A stretch of DNA of 64,000 nucleotides from Gemmatimonadota bacterium (GTDB taxonomy: Bacteria > Gemmatimonadota > Gemmatimonadetes > Palauibacterales > Palauibacteraceae), in assembly GCA_963666735.1 (NCBI GenBank), contig OY762926.1, positions 406,734-470,733 of the forward strand, in the 5' to 3' direction. The notes under the pieces are model-generated. The model worked only from the letters and a program-made list of their open reading frames with translations, was not told the DNA's origin and made no database searches. The translations under genes and the position numbers were made by a program. Shown piece after piece: positions 8,948-18,032 of this stretch (its first letter is position 1; each line of letters starts with the position of its first letter).

Positions 8948-10604
8948 CGCTAGGAGCCTGCGCCGTAGAAACCGATGGTGCGGCGCGTTTCGGGTGGTTA
9001 TGGTGATGGCGTGCTGTGACGGGTTCAAGTTCGGCGCGGGGAGTTGGCGATGAGTGCGAGGTCTCTACCGTACGATCCGGAGAGGATGCGGACGAGGTTC
9101 CGCCCGTACGATCCGGACCAGCGGTTGCTGCTGCCGCAGGATCTTCGCGAGTGGGTGCCGGCGGGGCATCTGGCGCACCACGTGAGCGATCTGGTGGACG
9201 CGCTGGACCTGTCGGCGTTCTACGCGCGGTACGAGGGGGACGGACGCCGTCGGAGCCCGTACGATCCGCGGATGATGGTGAAGGTTCTGCTGTACGGTTA
9301 CGCGACGGGGGTGTTCTCGTCTCGGAAGCTGGCGCGGAAGCTGGAGGAGGACGTGCCGCTCAGGATGCTGGCGGCGGGGAACTTTCCGGCGCACCGGACG
9401 CTGTGCGAGTTCCGGAAGAAGAACCTGAGGGCGTTCGGTGCGTTGTTCGCCGAGGCGGTGCTTCTGGCGCGGGAGCTGGGTCTGGCGGGGCTGGGCCGGG
9501 TGGCGGTGGACGGGACGAAGGTTCGGGCGAACGCGAGCAAGCGGAAGGCGATGAGCTACGGGCGGATGGGTCCGGAGGAGGCGCGCCTGGAGGCGGAGAT
9601 CGCGGAGTTGCTGGCGCGTGCGGAGGCGGCCGACGCGGAGGAGGACGAGCGGCACGGGGAGGACGTTCGGGGCGACGAGCTGCCGGAGGAGCTGAAGCGG
9701 CGGGAGGACCGGCTGGCGGCGATCCGGGCGGCGCGGGCTCGTCTGGAGGCGGAGGCGCGGGAGCGCGACGACGCGCGGGGCCGGGAGCCGGAGTGGGACC
9801 GCAACCCGAAGGGGGGGTCGCCGTACAAGCTGGCCTACGGGGAGCCGGAGGCGGACTCGCAGACGAACTTCACGGATCCGGAGAGCCGGATCATGCGGAC
9901 GAGCACGGAGGGCTACCAGCAGTGCTACAACGCGCAGGCGGTGGTCGACGGCGAGAGCCAGCTGGTGCTGGGGGCGGAGGTGACCGACAACGCGAGCGAC
10001 CAGGGGCAGCTGGTGGAGCGGGTGGACGAGGTGTCCGGGCGGTTGGGGGAGACGCCGGGCGAGGTGCTGGCCGACGCGGGCTACTCGAACGAGGAGGATC
10101 TGGCGGCTCTGGATGCGCGGGGGATCGACGGCTACGTGGCGCTGGGCCGGGAGGGCAAGGGGGCCGGCAAGCCCGACCCGAAGAAGCTCCCGGCGACGGC
10201 GCGCATGGCGAAGAAGCTGGAGACTCCCCAAGGCCGGGCGGTGTATGCCAAGCGCAAGTGGATCGCCGAAGCGCCCATCGGGTGGGTCAAGGAGGCGATG
10301 GGGTTCAGGAGGTTCAGCCTCAGGGGCTTGGAGAACGTGCGCGGCGAGTGGGATCTGGTGTGTCTGGCGCTCAACGCGCGGCGCCTCCACGTCCTTCGGG
10401 CCGCGTGAGGGGCGAAATCTTCGCGCCGGAGGGCCTCCGGGGCCCGAAACGCGGCCGGATCCACCCGGAAACGGCGCCGGCGCGGCGGCTTCGCCCGCGC
10501 GACGGCGGCTCCCGCCGACAACCGGCGCCCCTCAGCCTCCGGGCGGCCGCGCTTCCCGGGATCCGCCGCCCTTCGCGACCGTTCTACCGCGCAAGCTCCT
10601 AGGG
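8948..10604 (+). mobile_element. IS1182-family insertion sequence (~1.66 kb) with 16-bp imperfect terminal inverted repeats
   Basis: IR-L 8948-8963 'cgctaggagcctgcgc' versus the reverse complement of IR-R 10589-10604 'ccctaggagcttgcgc' (14/16 match), bracketing a single DDE transposase ORF. Confidence 0.65.
9050..10408 (+). CDS. IS1182-family (IS4/IS5 superfamily) DDE transposase
   Basis: 'MSARSLPYDPERMRTRFRPYDPDQRLLLPQDLREWVP...' N-terminus typical of IS1182 transposases; 'VDGTKVRANAS', 'DAGYSNEEDL', 'NARRL' DDE-region motifs. Confidence 0.85.
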   Translation: MSARSLPYDPERMRTRFRPYDPDQRLLLPQDLREWVPAGHLAHHVSDLVDALDLSAFYARYEGDGRRRSPYDPRMMVKVLLYGYATGVFSSRKLARKLEEDVPLRMLAAGNFPAHRTLCEFRKKNLRAFGALFAEAVLLARELGLAGLGRVAVDGTKVRANASKRKAMSYGRMGPEEARLEAEIAELLARAEAADAEEDERHGEDVRGDELPEELKRREDRLAAIRAARARLEAEARERDDARGREPEWDRNPKGGSPYKLAYGEPEADSQTNFTDPESRIMRTSTEGYQQCYNAQAVVDGESQLVLGAEVTDNASDQGQLVERVDEVSGRLGETPGEVLADAGYSNEEDLAALDARGIDGYVALGREGKGAGKPDPKKLPATARMAKKLETPQGRAVYAKRKWIAEAPIGWVKEAMGFRRFSLRGLENVRGEWDLVCLALNARRLHVLRAA

Positions 10605-10919
10605 TCGAACGAGCGCCGCGCCGCTCGCCTCGGCCGCCTCGCGGAGTCGGCGGTCAAGAGAGGCGAGGGGCAGCGAGCGGCGCAGGGAGGTTTCGACGTA
10701 GGCGGCGTCGTACACGGACAGCCGGTGCCTTCTGGCAAGGTCGAGGATGAGGCGGTCGTCGTGAGCCTCGTAGGCCCGCGTGCGCTCATTCTCTTCCACG
10801 GGCACCAATCGGGCGATGGGACGGCCGTGCCTCGTGATCGTCACGCTCTCTCCCTCCATCACGCGTCGCAACAACCGGGGCAGGTGGGTCTTGGCTTCGT
10901 AAGCACCGACGCTGTCCAT
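10599..10919 (-). CDS. Chimeric toxin-antitoxin remnant: Phd/YefM antitoxin N-terminus fused in-frame to the C-terminal third of a PIN (VapC) toxin
   Basis: aa 1-50 'MDSVGAYEAKTHLPRLLRRVMEGESVTITRHGRPIARLVPVEE' is Phd-like. aa ~55-105 'YDAAYVETSLRRSLPLASLDRRLREAAEASGAAL' matches a VapC C-terminus. No PIN N-terminal acidic residues. The stop codon and last codons lie in the IS1182 IR-R. Confidence 0.5.
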   Translation of the reverse strand: MDSVGAYEAKTHLPRLLRRVMEGESVTITRHGRPIARLVPVEENERTRAYEAHDDRLILDLARRHRLSVYDAAYVETSLRRSLPLASLDRRLREAAEASGAALVRP

Positions 10920-11018
10920 CGAACTCTCTCGCAGCAAATCATTCAGACCAGATGATACAACCAGTCTAATTCTAAGCTGGGGATCACCTGTTGCAAAGCG
11001 CGCAATGCCGTCTCGACC

Positions 11019-11711
11019 TCAGGCCGGGGACAGGAGCCACGCTGCTGCTGCTGCGAGGTCGGGCGCGACGTGCACCGGGTCGGCATCGTCCGGCCGGGGT
11101 TCGCCCTTGCGGTTGACCCACAGCACGGGAACCCTGAGCGATGTCGCGGGCGCCACGTCGTGGAAGAGGCTCTGCGCCACGTGCAGCCAGCGGTCGAAGC
11201 CGGCGGCCCACTCCCGCCCCCGCTCGAAGTGCGGGGCGGCCGGCTTGTAGCTGCGAAGCCTCTGCGCGGTGCCGAGACGGCCGAACTCGACCTCGAAGTG
11301 CTTCAGCGTCGCCGCGAGCAGGTCATCGTCGATGTTCGAGAGGATGCCGAGCGTGACGCCCGCCGCGGCGAGGCGTGAGAGCGCCGGATTCGTGTCGGGA
11401 AAGGGCTGCCAGGAAGGGATGCTGGCGGGGACGCCGGCCGCAGCCTCCTCCGACGTATCCCACCCGTTCGTGCGCGCGACTTCCACCGAGGTCTCGGTAA
11501 GCAACTGCCGGTAGGGGCGGTACTCGCTCGTCTTCAGGCGGTTCTGTGCCGCGTGGAATTCGCCCAGAAGCGCCTCGTCCTCGACCGCGGCCGCCTCGGT
11601 ATACGCGGCCCGGAGCGCCGCGAGAATCTCGCCCTCCCAGTCGATCAGCGTGCCGTAACAGTCGAACGTGAGAAGGGTGCCCCGGCCCGCCGTCCCCTCG
11701 AAACTCTGCAT
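11019..11711 (-). CDS. HAD-superfamily hydrolase (haloacid dehalogenase type II-like)
   Basis: Start trimmed to 'MQSFEGTAGRGTLLTFDCYGTLIDWE' (DxYGTL motif I). 'LSNID' and 'KP' (motif III) present. The upstream 92 codons are a GC-rich extension. Confidence 0.7.
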   Translation of the reverse strand: MQSFEGTAGRGTLLTFDCYGTLIDWEGEILAALRAAYTEAAAVEDEALLGEFHAAQNRLKTSEYRPYRQLLTETSVEVARTNGWDTSEEAAAGVPASIPSWQPFPDTNPALSRLAAAGVTLGILSNIDDDLLAATLKHFEVEFGRLGTAQRLRSYKPAAPHFERGREWAAGFDRWLHVAQSLFHDVAPATSLRVPVLWVNRKGEPRPDDADPVHVAPDLAAAAAWLLSPA

Positions 11712-11730
11712 GTTCTCCCTCGAAACTGCT

Positions 11731-12768
11731 ATGTTCCCGCTTATGTCGGCCGGCGAGATCTTATCGGGCGTGGCGGGGGGTGGCCACCGGAGACCCAGCG
11801 GGGCTTCGCCGCGTCCCGCCAACCCCTTCGCGGGAGGTGGTCTCGACCGCGCGACCCACCTGCGCGCCGATTCCCGGTGGATCTCCGGCCGGGTGTCCGA
11901 TCCGTCCTCCCGCGTCGTCCCCGTGTGGCGCTCGCGCAGCCTCGTATGCCAAAGGGCGGGGGAAATCGGGGCGGAAGCGGACGGCATGTGCTACGACCCC
12001 GTACTCCTCCCGCCCGCAGCGGCGGCCTCCGTTTCGGAATCGCCGAAGGATTGGATCTTTCTCGGGCTCGACAGCGGGCCGGACGCGGGTCGCGCACTGT
12101 TCGCCGCAGACGTATTCGGAGAACGGGCGGAGGGGAATCCCCCTTCCGGCGGCCCGTTCGACGGGGCGGGGGAGTTCCTCGATCTACGCGGCGTGGGAGC
12201 CATGCTGGGGCAGCGCGAGGGCTCCCTCCTGGCGTACGCTCGCGCGCTCCTCACCTGGAGTCGCGGGCACCGCTTCTGCGGAGCCTGCGGATCCCCGGCC
12301 CGGCCCGGCCAGGGAGGTCATGTGCGGCGGTGCTCGAGCGAAGCGTGCGGAACCGAGAATTTCCCCCGCACGGACCCGGCCATCATCGTCCTCGTGACCG
12401 ATGGCGATCGCTGCCTGCTCGGGCGGAAGGACATCTGGCCGGAGGGTGTCTACTCCACGCTGGCCGGATTCGTGGAGCCGGGAGAGAGCCTCTCCGAAGC
12501 GGTGGTGCGCGAGGTGCGCGAGGAATCCGGGATCGAGGTGGGCGCCGTGCGCTATCGATCGTCGCAGCCCTGGCCCTTCCCGGCGTCGCTGATGCTCGGC
12601 TTTCGAGCCGAGCGTACGGGGGGCGAACTCAGCGTGGCGCGGCAGGAACTCGCCGACGCGCGCTGGTTCGAGCGTACCGATTTCGCTCGCCGCCGCGAGA
12701 CCGGCCTCCGGCTCCCGGGCCGCGTCTCGATTTCGCGCCGCCTGATCGAGGACTGGCTCGCCGGATAG
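11731..12768 (+). CDS. nudC: NAD+ diphosphatase NudC (Nudix hydrolase with zinc ribbon)
   Basis: 'CGACGSPARP...RRCSSEACGTENFPR' zinc ribbon; Nudix box 'GFVEPGESLSEAVVREVREESGI'; divergent from the HAD gene. Confidence 0.75.
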   Translation: MFPLMSAGEILSGVAGGGHRRPSGASPRPANPFAGGGLDRATHLRADSRWISGRVSDPSSRVVPVWRSRSLVCQRAGEIGAEADGMCYDPVLLPPAAAASVSESPKDWIFLGLDSGPDAGRALFAADVFGERAEGNPPSGGPFDGAGEFLDLRGVGAMLGQREGSLLAYARALLTWSRGHRFCGACGSPARPGQGGHVRRCSSEACGTENFPRTDPAIIVLVTDGDRCLLGRKDIWPEGVYSTLAGFVEPGESLSEAVVREVREESGIEVGAVRYRSSQPWPFPASLMLGFRAERTGGELSVARQELADARWFERTDFARRRETGLRLPGRVSISRRLIEDWLAG

Positions 12769-12796
12769 CGGCTGAACCGACGCGGTAGGAGGTTGG

Positions 12797-14068
12797 ATGC
12801 GACAGAGCGCGGGATGCCTCATCCTCTCGGCCCTGGTCCTCGCAGGGTTCGGGTGCCGGGACGCAGTTCGGGAGCGGGACGGCCTTGATTCCGGGGCGGA
12901 TACCCCGGCCACTTCGACGCTCGATTCCGCAGGGGCGGCGATCGTCCGGATCGCCGGCCTTCAAGAGTTGGCTCTGCCGGGACTGAGCAGACGGCCGCTC
13001 TACTCCACCTTGGAAGAGGTCGATCTCCACCAGGTGGCGGGCGCTGTGTTCCTTCCGGATTCGTCGCTCGCCATCGCGAACAGGGGGTCGTCTCAGGTCC
13101 TTCTCCTCGATCCACTGGGAAGCATTCTGGAACGGGCAGGCCGCGAGGGAGAGGGGCCGGGAGAGTATGTCGACATCGCGTGGATCGGAGTCGGCGCGGA
13201 CGGCATGCTTGCCGTGTTCGACCGTCGCCTGCGGCGCTTCACCTTCCTGGACGCGCGGGGAAGCGTGACCGGAATCCGGCGTATCGACGTGACCGAGGCT
13301 CTTGTCCCGCTGGCCGGCCTCGCGAGCGGAGAGTTTCTCGCGGTGGTCGAGACGCGCCCTTTCCGTCCCTTGGGGTTCCAGCGAGGCCCACTCTTTCTTG
13401 TCGTCGTTGACCAGGCGGGCGCGGTAGTGGACACGCTGGGGCGGTGGGCCGGCAAGGAGCGCTACGTAACGCCCGACCGGATGATCGGGGTCGGGTTCGC
13501 CGCCACGGCGCTCTATGCGGGACGCGGCCCCTATTCGGTACTCGCCACGACGGACTCGCTCGACGTTGCCCTGTACGAAGCAGCGACACCGCTGACGCGG
13601 ATCCGCGGCAGCCATTCGCCCCGCCCGGTCACGTCCCGGGAAAAGGAGGCCTGGACCGAACTCGTTCTCGACCTCTACCCGGAATCGGTGCGCCCGGCTC
13701 AGCGACGAACGCTGGAGCAGTCGAGGGTGCGGGACACCTATCCAGCCTTCGGCGCGCTGAGGGTGTCCGCCGATGGGGCGATTTGGCTCGGAGCCTACAC
13801 CGGACTCGACGATGCGGAGCGCAGCTGGACGGTCCTTCGGCGCGATGGGGTCCCGCTCGGTCGCCTCGGGCTTCCCGTTTACCGTCCGGAGCTACTGAAG
13901 GTCCGAGAGAGCGGCATCACCGGCTGGGCTCCGGTCGAGCTTGAGACGACGATCCCCAGCGCCAGCCACGAGCTGCTCGACGTGGCCGCGGACCGCATCG
14001 CCGTCCTCCGCACGAGCGAGCTCGGTGAAGAGTTCATCGAGGTGTACGAGGTCGAGTTGCCGCGATAG
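12797..14068 (+). CDS. Hypothetical lipoprotein (beta-propeller-like?)
   Basis: AGGAGG RBS; lipobox 'LVLAGFGC'. 423 aa with no recognisable motifs. Confidence 0.55.
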   Translation: MRQSAGCLILSALVLAGFGCRDAVRERDGLDSGADTPATSTLDSAGAAIVRIAGLQELALPGLSRRPLYSTLEEVDLHQVAGAVFLPDSSLAIANRGSSQVLLLDPLGSILERAGREGEGPGEYVDIAWIGVGADGMLAVFDRRLRRFTFLDARGSVTGIRRIDVTEALVPLAGLASGEFLAVVETRPFRPLGFQRGPLFLVVVDQAGAVVDTLGRWAGKERYVTPDRMIGVGFAATALYAGRGPYSVLATTDSLDVALYEAATPLTRIRGSHSPRPVTSREKEAWTELVLDLYPESVRPAQRRTLEQSRVRDTYPAFGALRVSADGAIWLGAYTGLDDAERSWTVLRRDGVPLGRLGLPVYRPELLKVRESGITGWAPVELETTIPSASHELLDVAADRIAVLRTSELGEEFIEVYEVELPR

Positions 14069-14183
14069 CGGGGGCGCGGGCCGGACGCGCTACCGGACCG
14101 TGGGGCCGGGTCTTCAACGTGCCCGCCGGAACGTTCCGGATCTCAAGTTTTTCGAATCATCCGAATCAGGAGCTCCACGCCGC

Positions 14184-14609
14184 ATGACGAACGACTCGAC
14201 CTTGCCCGCCCCGATCGAACGGACGATCGAACTCGACGCCTCGCCCGCCCGCGTGTGGGTGGCGCTCGCCGACCCCGATGGGCTGGCCTCGTGGTTCCCG
14301 GACCGGGTGGAGGGACTCGCGCCGGAAGAGGGGGCGACGGGCTGGCTGGTGTGGGACCAACACGGGCGGTACGCGATCGCCGTCGAGTGGATGGAGGCGG
14401 GGCGGCGACTCGTGTGGCGCTGGGCCCGGAAGCCGGAGACCCCGCTCGAGGGCGGCTACAACACGACGGTGGAGTGGACGCTCAGCGAACGCGCGGGCGG
14501 CGGGACGATCCTGCGCCTGGTCGAGAGCGGCTTCCGGACCGAGAGCGACCGCCAGGACAACGTCGGCGGCTGGGAGCACGAACTCGGCGAACTCGCCGAC
14601 CACCTATGA
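14184..14609 (+). CDS. SRPBCC-family protein (AHSA1 / polyketide-cyclase-like fold)
   Basis: AGGAG RBS, start 'MTNDSTLPAPIERTIELDASPARVWVALADPDGLASWF' (typical SRPBCC N-terminus). The upstream 81 codons are an artefact. Confidence 0.65.
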   Translation: MTNDSTLPAPIERTIELDASPARVWVALADPDGLASWFPDRVEGLAPEEGATGWLVWDQHGRYAIAVEWMEAGRRLVWRWARKPETPLEGGYNTTVEWTLSERAGGGTILRLVESGFRTESDRQDNVGGWEHELGELADHL

Positions 14610-15752
14610 CTTCGGGATGTCCTTGCCGGGATCCACGAAGGGCCGGGGCACGACCGTCGCATCGCGTTCTCCGTCGGGCGTCGTCACGCTGAGGCGCGTG
14701 CCCATCTCGCCGGAGGCGGCGGGCACGAGGGCGTAGCCGATGTTCCGCCCGAGACGCGGCGAGTGGACGGCGGAAGTGACGAAGCCGATCTCCTCTCCGT
14801 CCCGGCGCACCGGCCAGCGGTCCATGTTCAGATCGAGCGGGGCGCCCGATATCTCGATTCCGGCCAGGAGCCGCCGCGGCCCCTCCTCGGCGATCCGGGC
14901 CAGCGCGTCGCGGCCGATGAAGTCGCCCGCCTGGTCGAAATCGACCTGCCAGCCGAGCCCGACCTCCCAGGGGTTCGTGTCCAGCGTCATGTCGATGCCG
15001 TAGTTGAGGATGCCGGCTTCGATGCGGCGGATGTCCGACGGACCGGTGGGTGAGATGCCCAGGTCGTGTCCCGCCTCCATCACCCGGTCCCAGAGTTCGA
15101 CCCCCCGGCTCCCGTCCCTGAGGTAGATCTCGTAGCCGACCTCGCCGCTCCACCCCGTGCGGGTCACGACCACGGGGATGCCGTCCACGTCCGTTTCGAG
15201 GAACCAGTAGTAGCGGAGCCTGAGGACGTCCTCCCCGAACAGCCGGCGCACGACCTCCTTCGACTTCGGGCCCTGCACCTGAATCGGCGACACATCCGGC
15301 TCGCAGATCTCGACATCGAGGCCGGCGTTGAGCGCGATGCCCTTCGCGTACAGCAGCACGTCGCTGTCCGCGAGCGCGAGCCAGAAATGGTTCTCGGCCA
15401 GGCGCAGCAGCACGGGGTCGTTCACGATGCCGCCGTCCTCGGCGCCGATGATCACGTATTTGCCCTGCCCGACGGCGCACTTCGACAGGTCCCTGGGCGT
15501 GAGCAGGTTCGTGAACTCGAAGGCGTCCGGCCCCGTGATCTCCACCTGCCGCTCGACGCTCACGTCCCACACCGTGACGCCGGTAAGGAGCTTCTCGTAC
15601 TCCGCGTGCAGGTCGTCGTAGCGGGTGGGGAGAAACATGTGGTTGTAGACCGTGTAGCTCCGGCATCCGTCGCGGAGGGTGGCCTCGAAGTAGGGCGAGC
15701 GGCGGAGCCGGGCCCCGCGCTGGATCAAGGCCATGTCGAAGGTCTCGGTCAT
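14604..15752 (-). CDS. Aminomethyltransferase (GcvT) family protein, DmdA-like (candidate dimethylsulfoniopropionate demethylase)
   Basis: 382 aa; 'RRSPYFEAT', 'VYNHMFLP', 'VWDVSVERQVEITG', 'NDPVLLRL...FWLALADSDVLLYAKG' resemble the DmdA clade more than canonical GcvT (from memory; unverified). Confidence 0.6.
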   Translation of the reverse strand: MTETFDMALIQRGARLRRSPYFEATLRDGCRSYTVYNHMFLPTRYDDLHAEYEKLLTGVTVWDVSVERQVEITGPDAFEFTNLLTPRDLSKCAVGQGKYVIIGAEDGGIVNDPVLLRLAENHFWLALADSDVLLYAKGIALNAGLDVEICEPDVSPIQVQGPKSKEVVRRLFGEDVLRLRYYWFLETDVDGIPVVVTRTGWSGEVGYEIYLRDGSRGVELWDRVMEAGHDLGISPTGPSDIRRIEAGILNYGIDMTLDTNPWEVGLGWQVDFDQAGDFIGRDALARIAEEGPRRLLAGIEISGAPLDLNMDRWPVRRDGEEIGFVTSAVHSPRLGRNIGYALVPAASGEMGTRLSVTTPDGERDATVVPRPFVDPGKDIPKS

Positions 15753-15957
15753 GAGGTTCCTCTCCGGTCTACAGGTTGGGTGTCACGGGACGGAATCGGT
15801 CCCGGCGAATGCCGCAGCGTAACGCCGCAGCGCAAGGTGCGCGGATCATATGCGCCGACCCGAACGGACGGCCAGTCCATGGGCTCTTGCTCGCGAACGA
15901 CGCAGCCTGTACCCGGAAGTGATGGGTAGGCCAGCTCTTGCCGTCGGGACACAAGAA

Positions 15958-16815
15958 ATGAATCCTCGCACGAACAACCTTGCCGGCGTGGACAACGTCA
16001 TCCCCCGTCCGGGGATGCTGGCCACCGTGCGGAAACGACGCGGCACAGTGACGTCGGTATCTCCGTTCGACGGCGAGACGGGACGGCTACACCTCGTTCA
16101 TCTCGAATACCGCGACGGCGGCTCACCGTCCGACGAGCGTCTGCTGTGGGAACTCGAGCCACGCAAGACCCTCCTTGAGCCGACCGCATTGCCGGACGCT
16201 TCCCGCTCCGATCCCATGCCTCCGGCCGATTTCGACGCTCTGCTACGGGCCGCGCGATGGACCGCGCTGTCGCCGTACCTGGGCCTTGACGGCAACGGTC
16301 GCGAGGAGGGCAAAGGGATAGGAGCTTTCCTTGCCCAGAACGGCGGCGAAGGCTGGTTGCTTCCCGAAACCCTTCGCTTGGCCGATTACGGACTGGGCCA
16401 TGACGACCGCGCTCAGCACCATCAGCCCGTCGCCAGCCGTCTCGGTCCACGATTCTGCGATTGGCAGCTCGCCCAGAGCGCCGAGGAGGATCGACGAGAG
16501 TGCCACCTGCATGCGCGCAACCTTCTGGGCCGGGTCGAGTACGTTCAGCTTCTCGGCCGGTTGGTCGGGCACCGCAGACGGCACGGACAGGGGCACCACG
16601 ATCTCCTCTTCAACGGGTTTACGCACGACTTGATCGGCGACACTTCGTCGATCGATGGCAAGGAGTTCGGCTACTCCGAGGCGGACCAGATTTTCGAGGA
16701 AGAAGGAGCGGCTCGGCGCGTCGCCGAAGCGGGTCCGGGCTACTCGACCGCGCCCTTCCGCAGGCCGGGTCAGACCGAGATGTTCCCAAGGTCTCAGACC
16801 GAGCCTCCCCTGTAG
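15958..16815 (+). CDS. Hypothetical protein (beta-rich N-terminal segment 'ATVRKRRGTVTSVSPFDGETGRLHLVHLEYRDG' faintly reminiscent of Tudor-like N-termini of RapA/SNF2-type proteins)
   Basis: Start 'MNPRTNN'; codon third-position GC is high throughout. Its stop is 11 nt upstream of the AlbA_2 gene (16827), which has its own RBS: an operon-like arrangement. Competing antisense ORF 16243-16626 not excluded. Confidence 0.4.
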   Translation: MNPRTNNLAGVDNVIPRPGMLATVRKRRGTVTSVSPFDGETGRLHLVHLEYRDGGSPSDERLLWELEPRKTLLEPTALPDASRSDPMPPADFDALLRAARWTALSPYLGLDGNGREEGKGIGAFLAQNGGEGWLLPETLRLADYGLGHDDRAQHHQPVASRLGPRFCDWQLAQSAEEDRRECHLHARNLLGRVEYVQLLGRLVGHRRRHGQGHHDLLFNGFTHDLIGDTSSIDGKEFGYSEADQIFEEEGAARRVAEAGPGYSTAPFRRPGQTEMFPRSQTEPPL

Positions 16816-16826
16816 AAGGCAGGACC

Positions 16827-18032
16827 ATGTTCGACACGCCCGACCAGATTTTGCGTCAGCTGAGAGCCGGAGAGGACAGCCGCGCCGAGTTCAAAGAACT
16901 CCGTTTCGGCGAACGAGGTGTGATCTCCCCGAACACGGAGGATTTGGCCGGGGAGATGGTGTCGTTCGCCAACGCGGAGGGCGGGACGATCTTCCTTGGC
17001 GTGGATGACGACGGGGACATCGTCGGCGTGCCTCGGGAGAAGTCGCAGCTCGTGGAGCAATGGGTGCTCAACGTCGCAACCCAGAACTGCGATCCGCCCC
17101 TCCGGCCGGAAGTCAGGCGGGAGGCCCTTCCGGTGCCGGGGGAGAACGGCCTGTCCATCATCCTAGTGACCGTTCCGCAGGGACTGTTTGCCCACTGTAC
17201 TGCCGGCGGCCGCTACTACGTCCGCCTCGGGTCGACCAAACGCCGTCTCACTCCCCCGGAGCTGGCCCGCCTGTTTCAGGAACGGGGCCGGGGGTATGTC
17301 TTCGACGAGCAGCAGGTCTTCTCCGGCGCGGTGGAGAATCTGGACTGGAACCGGTTGGAGGCGTTCTTCGGCCGCTCGCCGAGGATCCCATGGCTCGACC
17401 TCCTCCGGAATACGCGGGTGACCATCTGCGACCAAGGCGGCGTGGATCGGCCTACCGTTGCCGGGTTGCTCGCATTCTCGTCGGATCCGGCCGGTCTGTT
17501 GCCATCCGCGTACGTCGAGGCGGCCTGCTACGGCGGAACCCGCCTCTCATCGGATGATCTGGTGCATGCCGAGCGTCTCGCCGGTCCGGTCTCCGACCAG
17601 ATCGACGCAGGTATCGCCTTCGTCATGCACTTCATGAGCGCCGGACGTACGGCCGAGGGCATGGACGTGTACGACATCGATGTGGTAGACGAGGCCATCG
17701 TCAACGCCGTGGCCCACCGGGACTACTCCGTTTCGGGCTCGAAGATCCGCCTGTTCCTGTACGCCGACCGCTTGGAACTGTACAGCCCCGGCAAGCTGCC
17801 CAACGGACTGACGATCGAGGAGATGCCTTACCGCACCTTCACGCGCAACCAGCTTCTGGTCAGCTTTCTATCGAAGATGCGCAGCAAGCGCACCGGCCAG
17901 GTCTTCCTTGAGTCCCGAGGGGAAGGCGTGCGGAAGATCTTGGAGGACGGCGAGGCCCACGCAGGCCGCCGCCCGGAATACGAGCTGTTCGGAAACGAGC
18001 TCCGCCTGACCATTTGGGCGCTGAGGCGGTAG
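16827..18032 (+). CDS. Schlafen-like AlbA_2 (divergent AAA / AAA_4) + HATPase_c_4 (RecG-C-terminal-like) domain protein
   Basis: Trimmed to 'MFDTPDQILRQL' after RBS GAAGGCAGGA. 'AEFKELRFGE...VSFANAEGGTIFLGVDDDGDIVGV' (AlbA_2); 'DEAIVNAVAHRDYS...YADRLELYSPGKLPNGLTIEEM...RNQLLVSFLSKM' (HATPase_c_4). Confidence 0.7.
   Translation: MFDTPDQILRQLRAGEDSRAEFKELRFGERGVISPNTEDLAGEMVSFANAEGGTIFLGVDDDGDIVGVPREKSQLVEQWVLNVATQNCDPPLRPEVRREALPVPGENGLSIILVTVPQGLFAHCTAGGRYYVRLGSTKRRLTPPELARLFQERGRGYVFDEQQVFSGAVENLDWNRLEAFFGRSPRIPWLDLLRNTRVTICDQGGVDRPTVAGLLAFSSDPAGLLPSAYVEAACYGGTRLSSDDLVHAERLAGPVSDQIDAGIAFVMHFMSAGRTAEGMDVYDIDVVDEAIVNAVAHRDYSVSGSKIRLFLYADRLELYSPGKLPNGLTIEEMPYRTFTRNQLLVSFLSKMRSKRTGQVFLESRGEGVRKILEDGEAHAGRRPEYELFGNELRLTIWALRR

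Noticed and set aside
9016-10602. 528-aa ORF and antisense 441-aa ORF (9065-10390) over the IS1182 transposase
   Set aside because: Gly/Arg/Pro-rich low-complexity translations; the other frame (9050-10408) has clear IS1182 transposase motifs.
10113-10955. 280-aa plus-strand ORF spanning the IS end and the TA remnant
   Set aside because: Crosses the IS terminal repeat and runs antisense to the Phd-PIN ORF; Arg/Gly-rich.
12184-12912. 242-aa minus-strand ORF
   Set aside because: Antisense to nudC; no motifs.
16243-16626. 127-aa hydrophobic minus-strand ORF
   Set aside because: Not fully rejected. The plus-strand ORF 15958-16815 is kept because of its operon-like junction with the AlbA_2 gene, but the strand assignment needs expression or conservation data.
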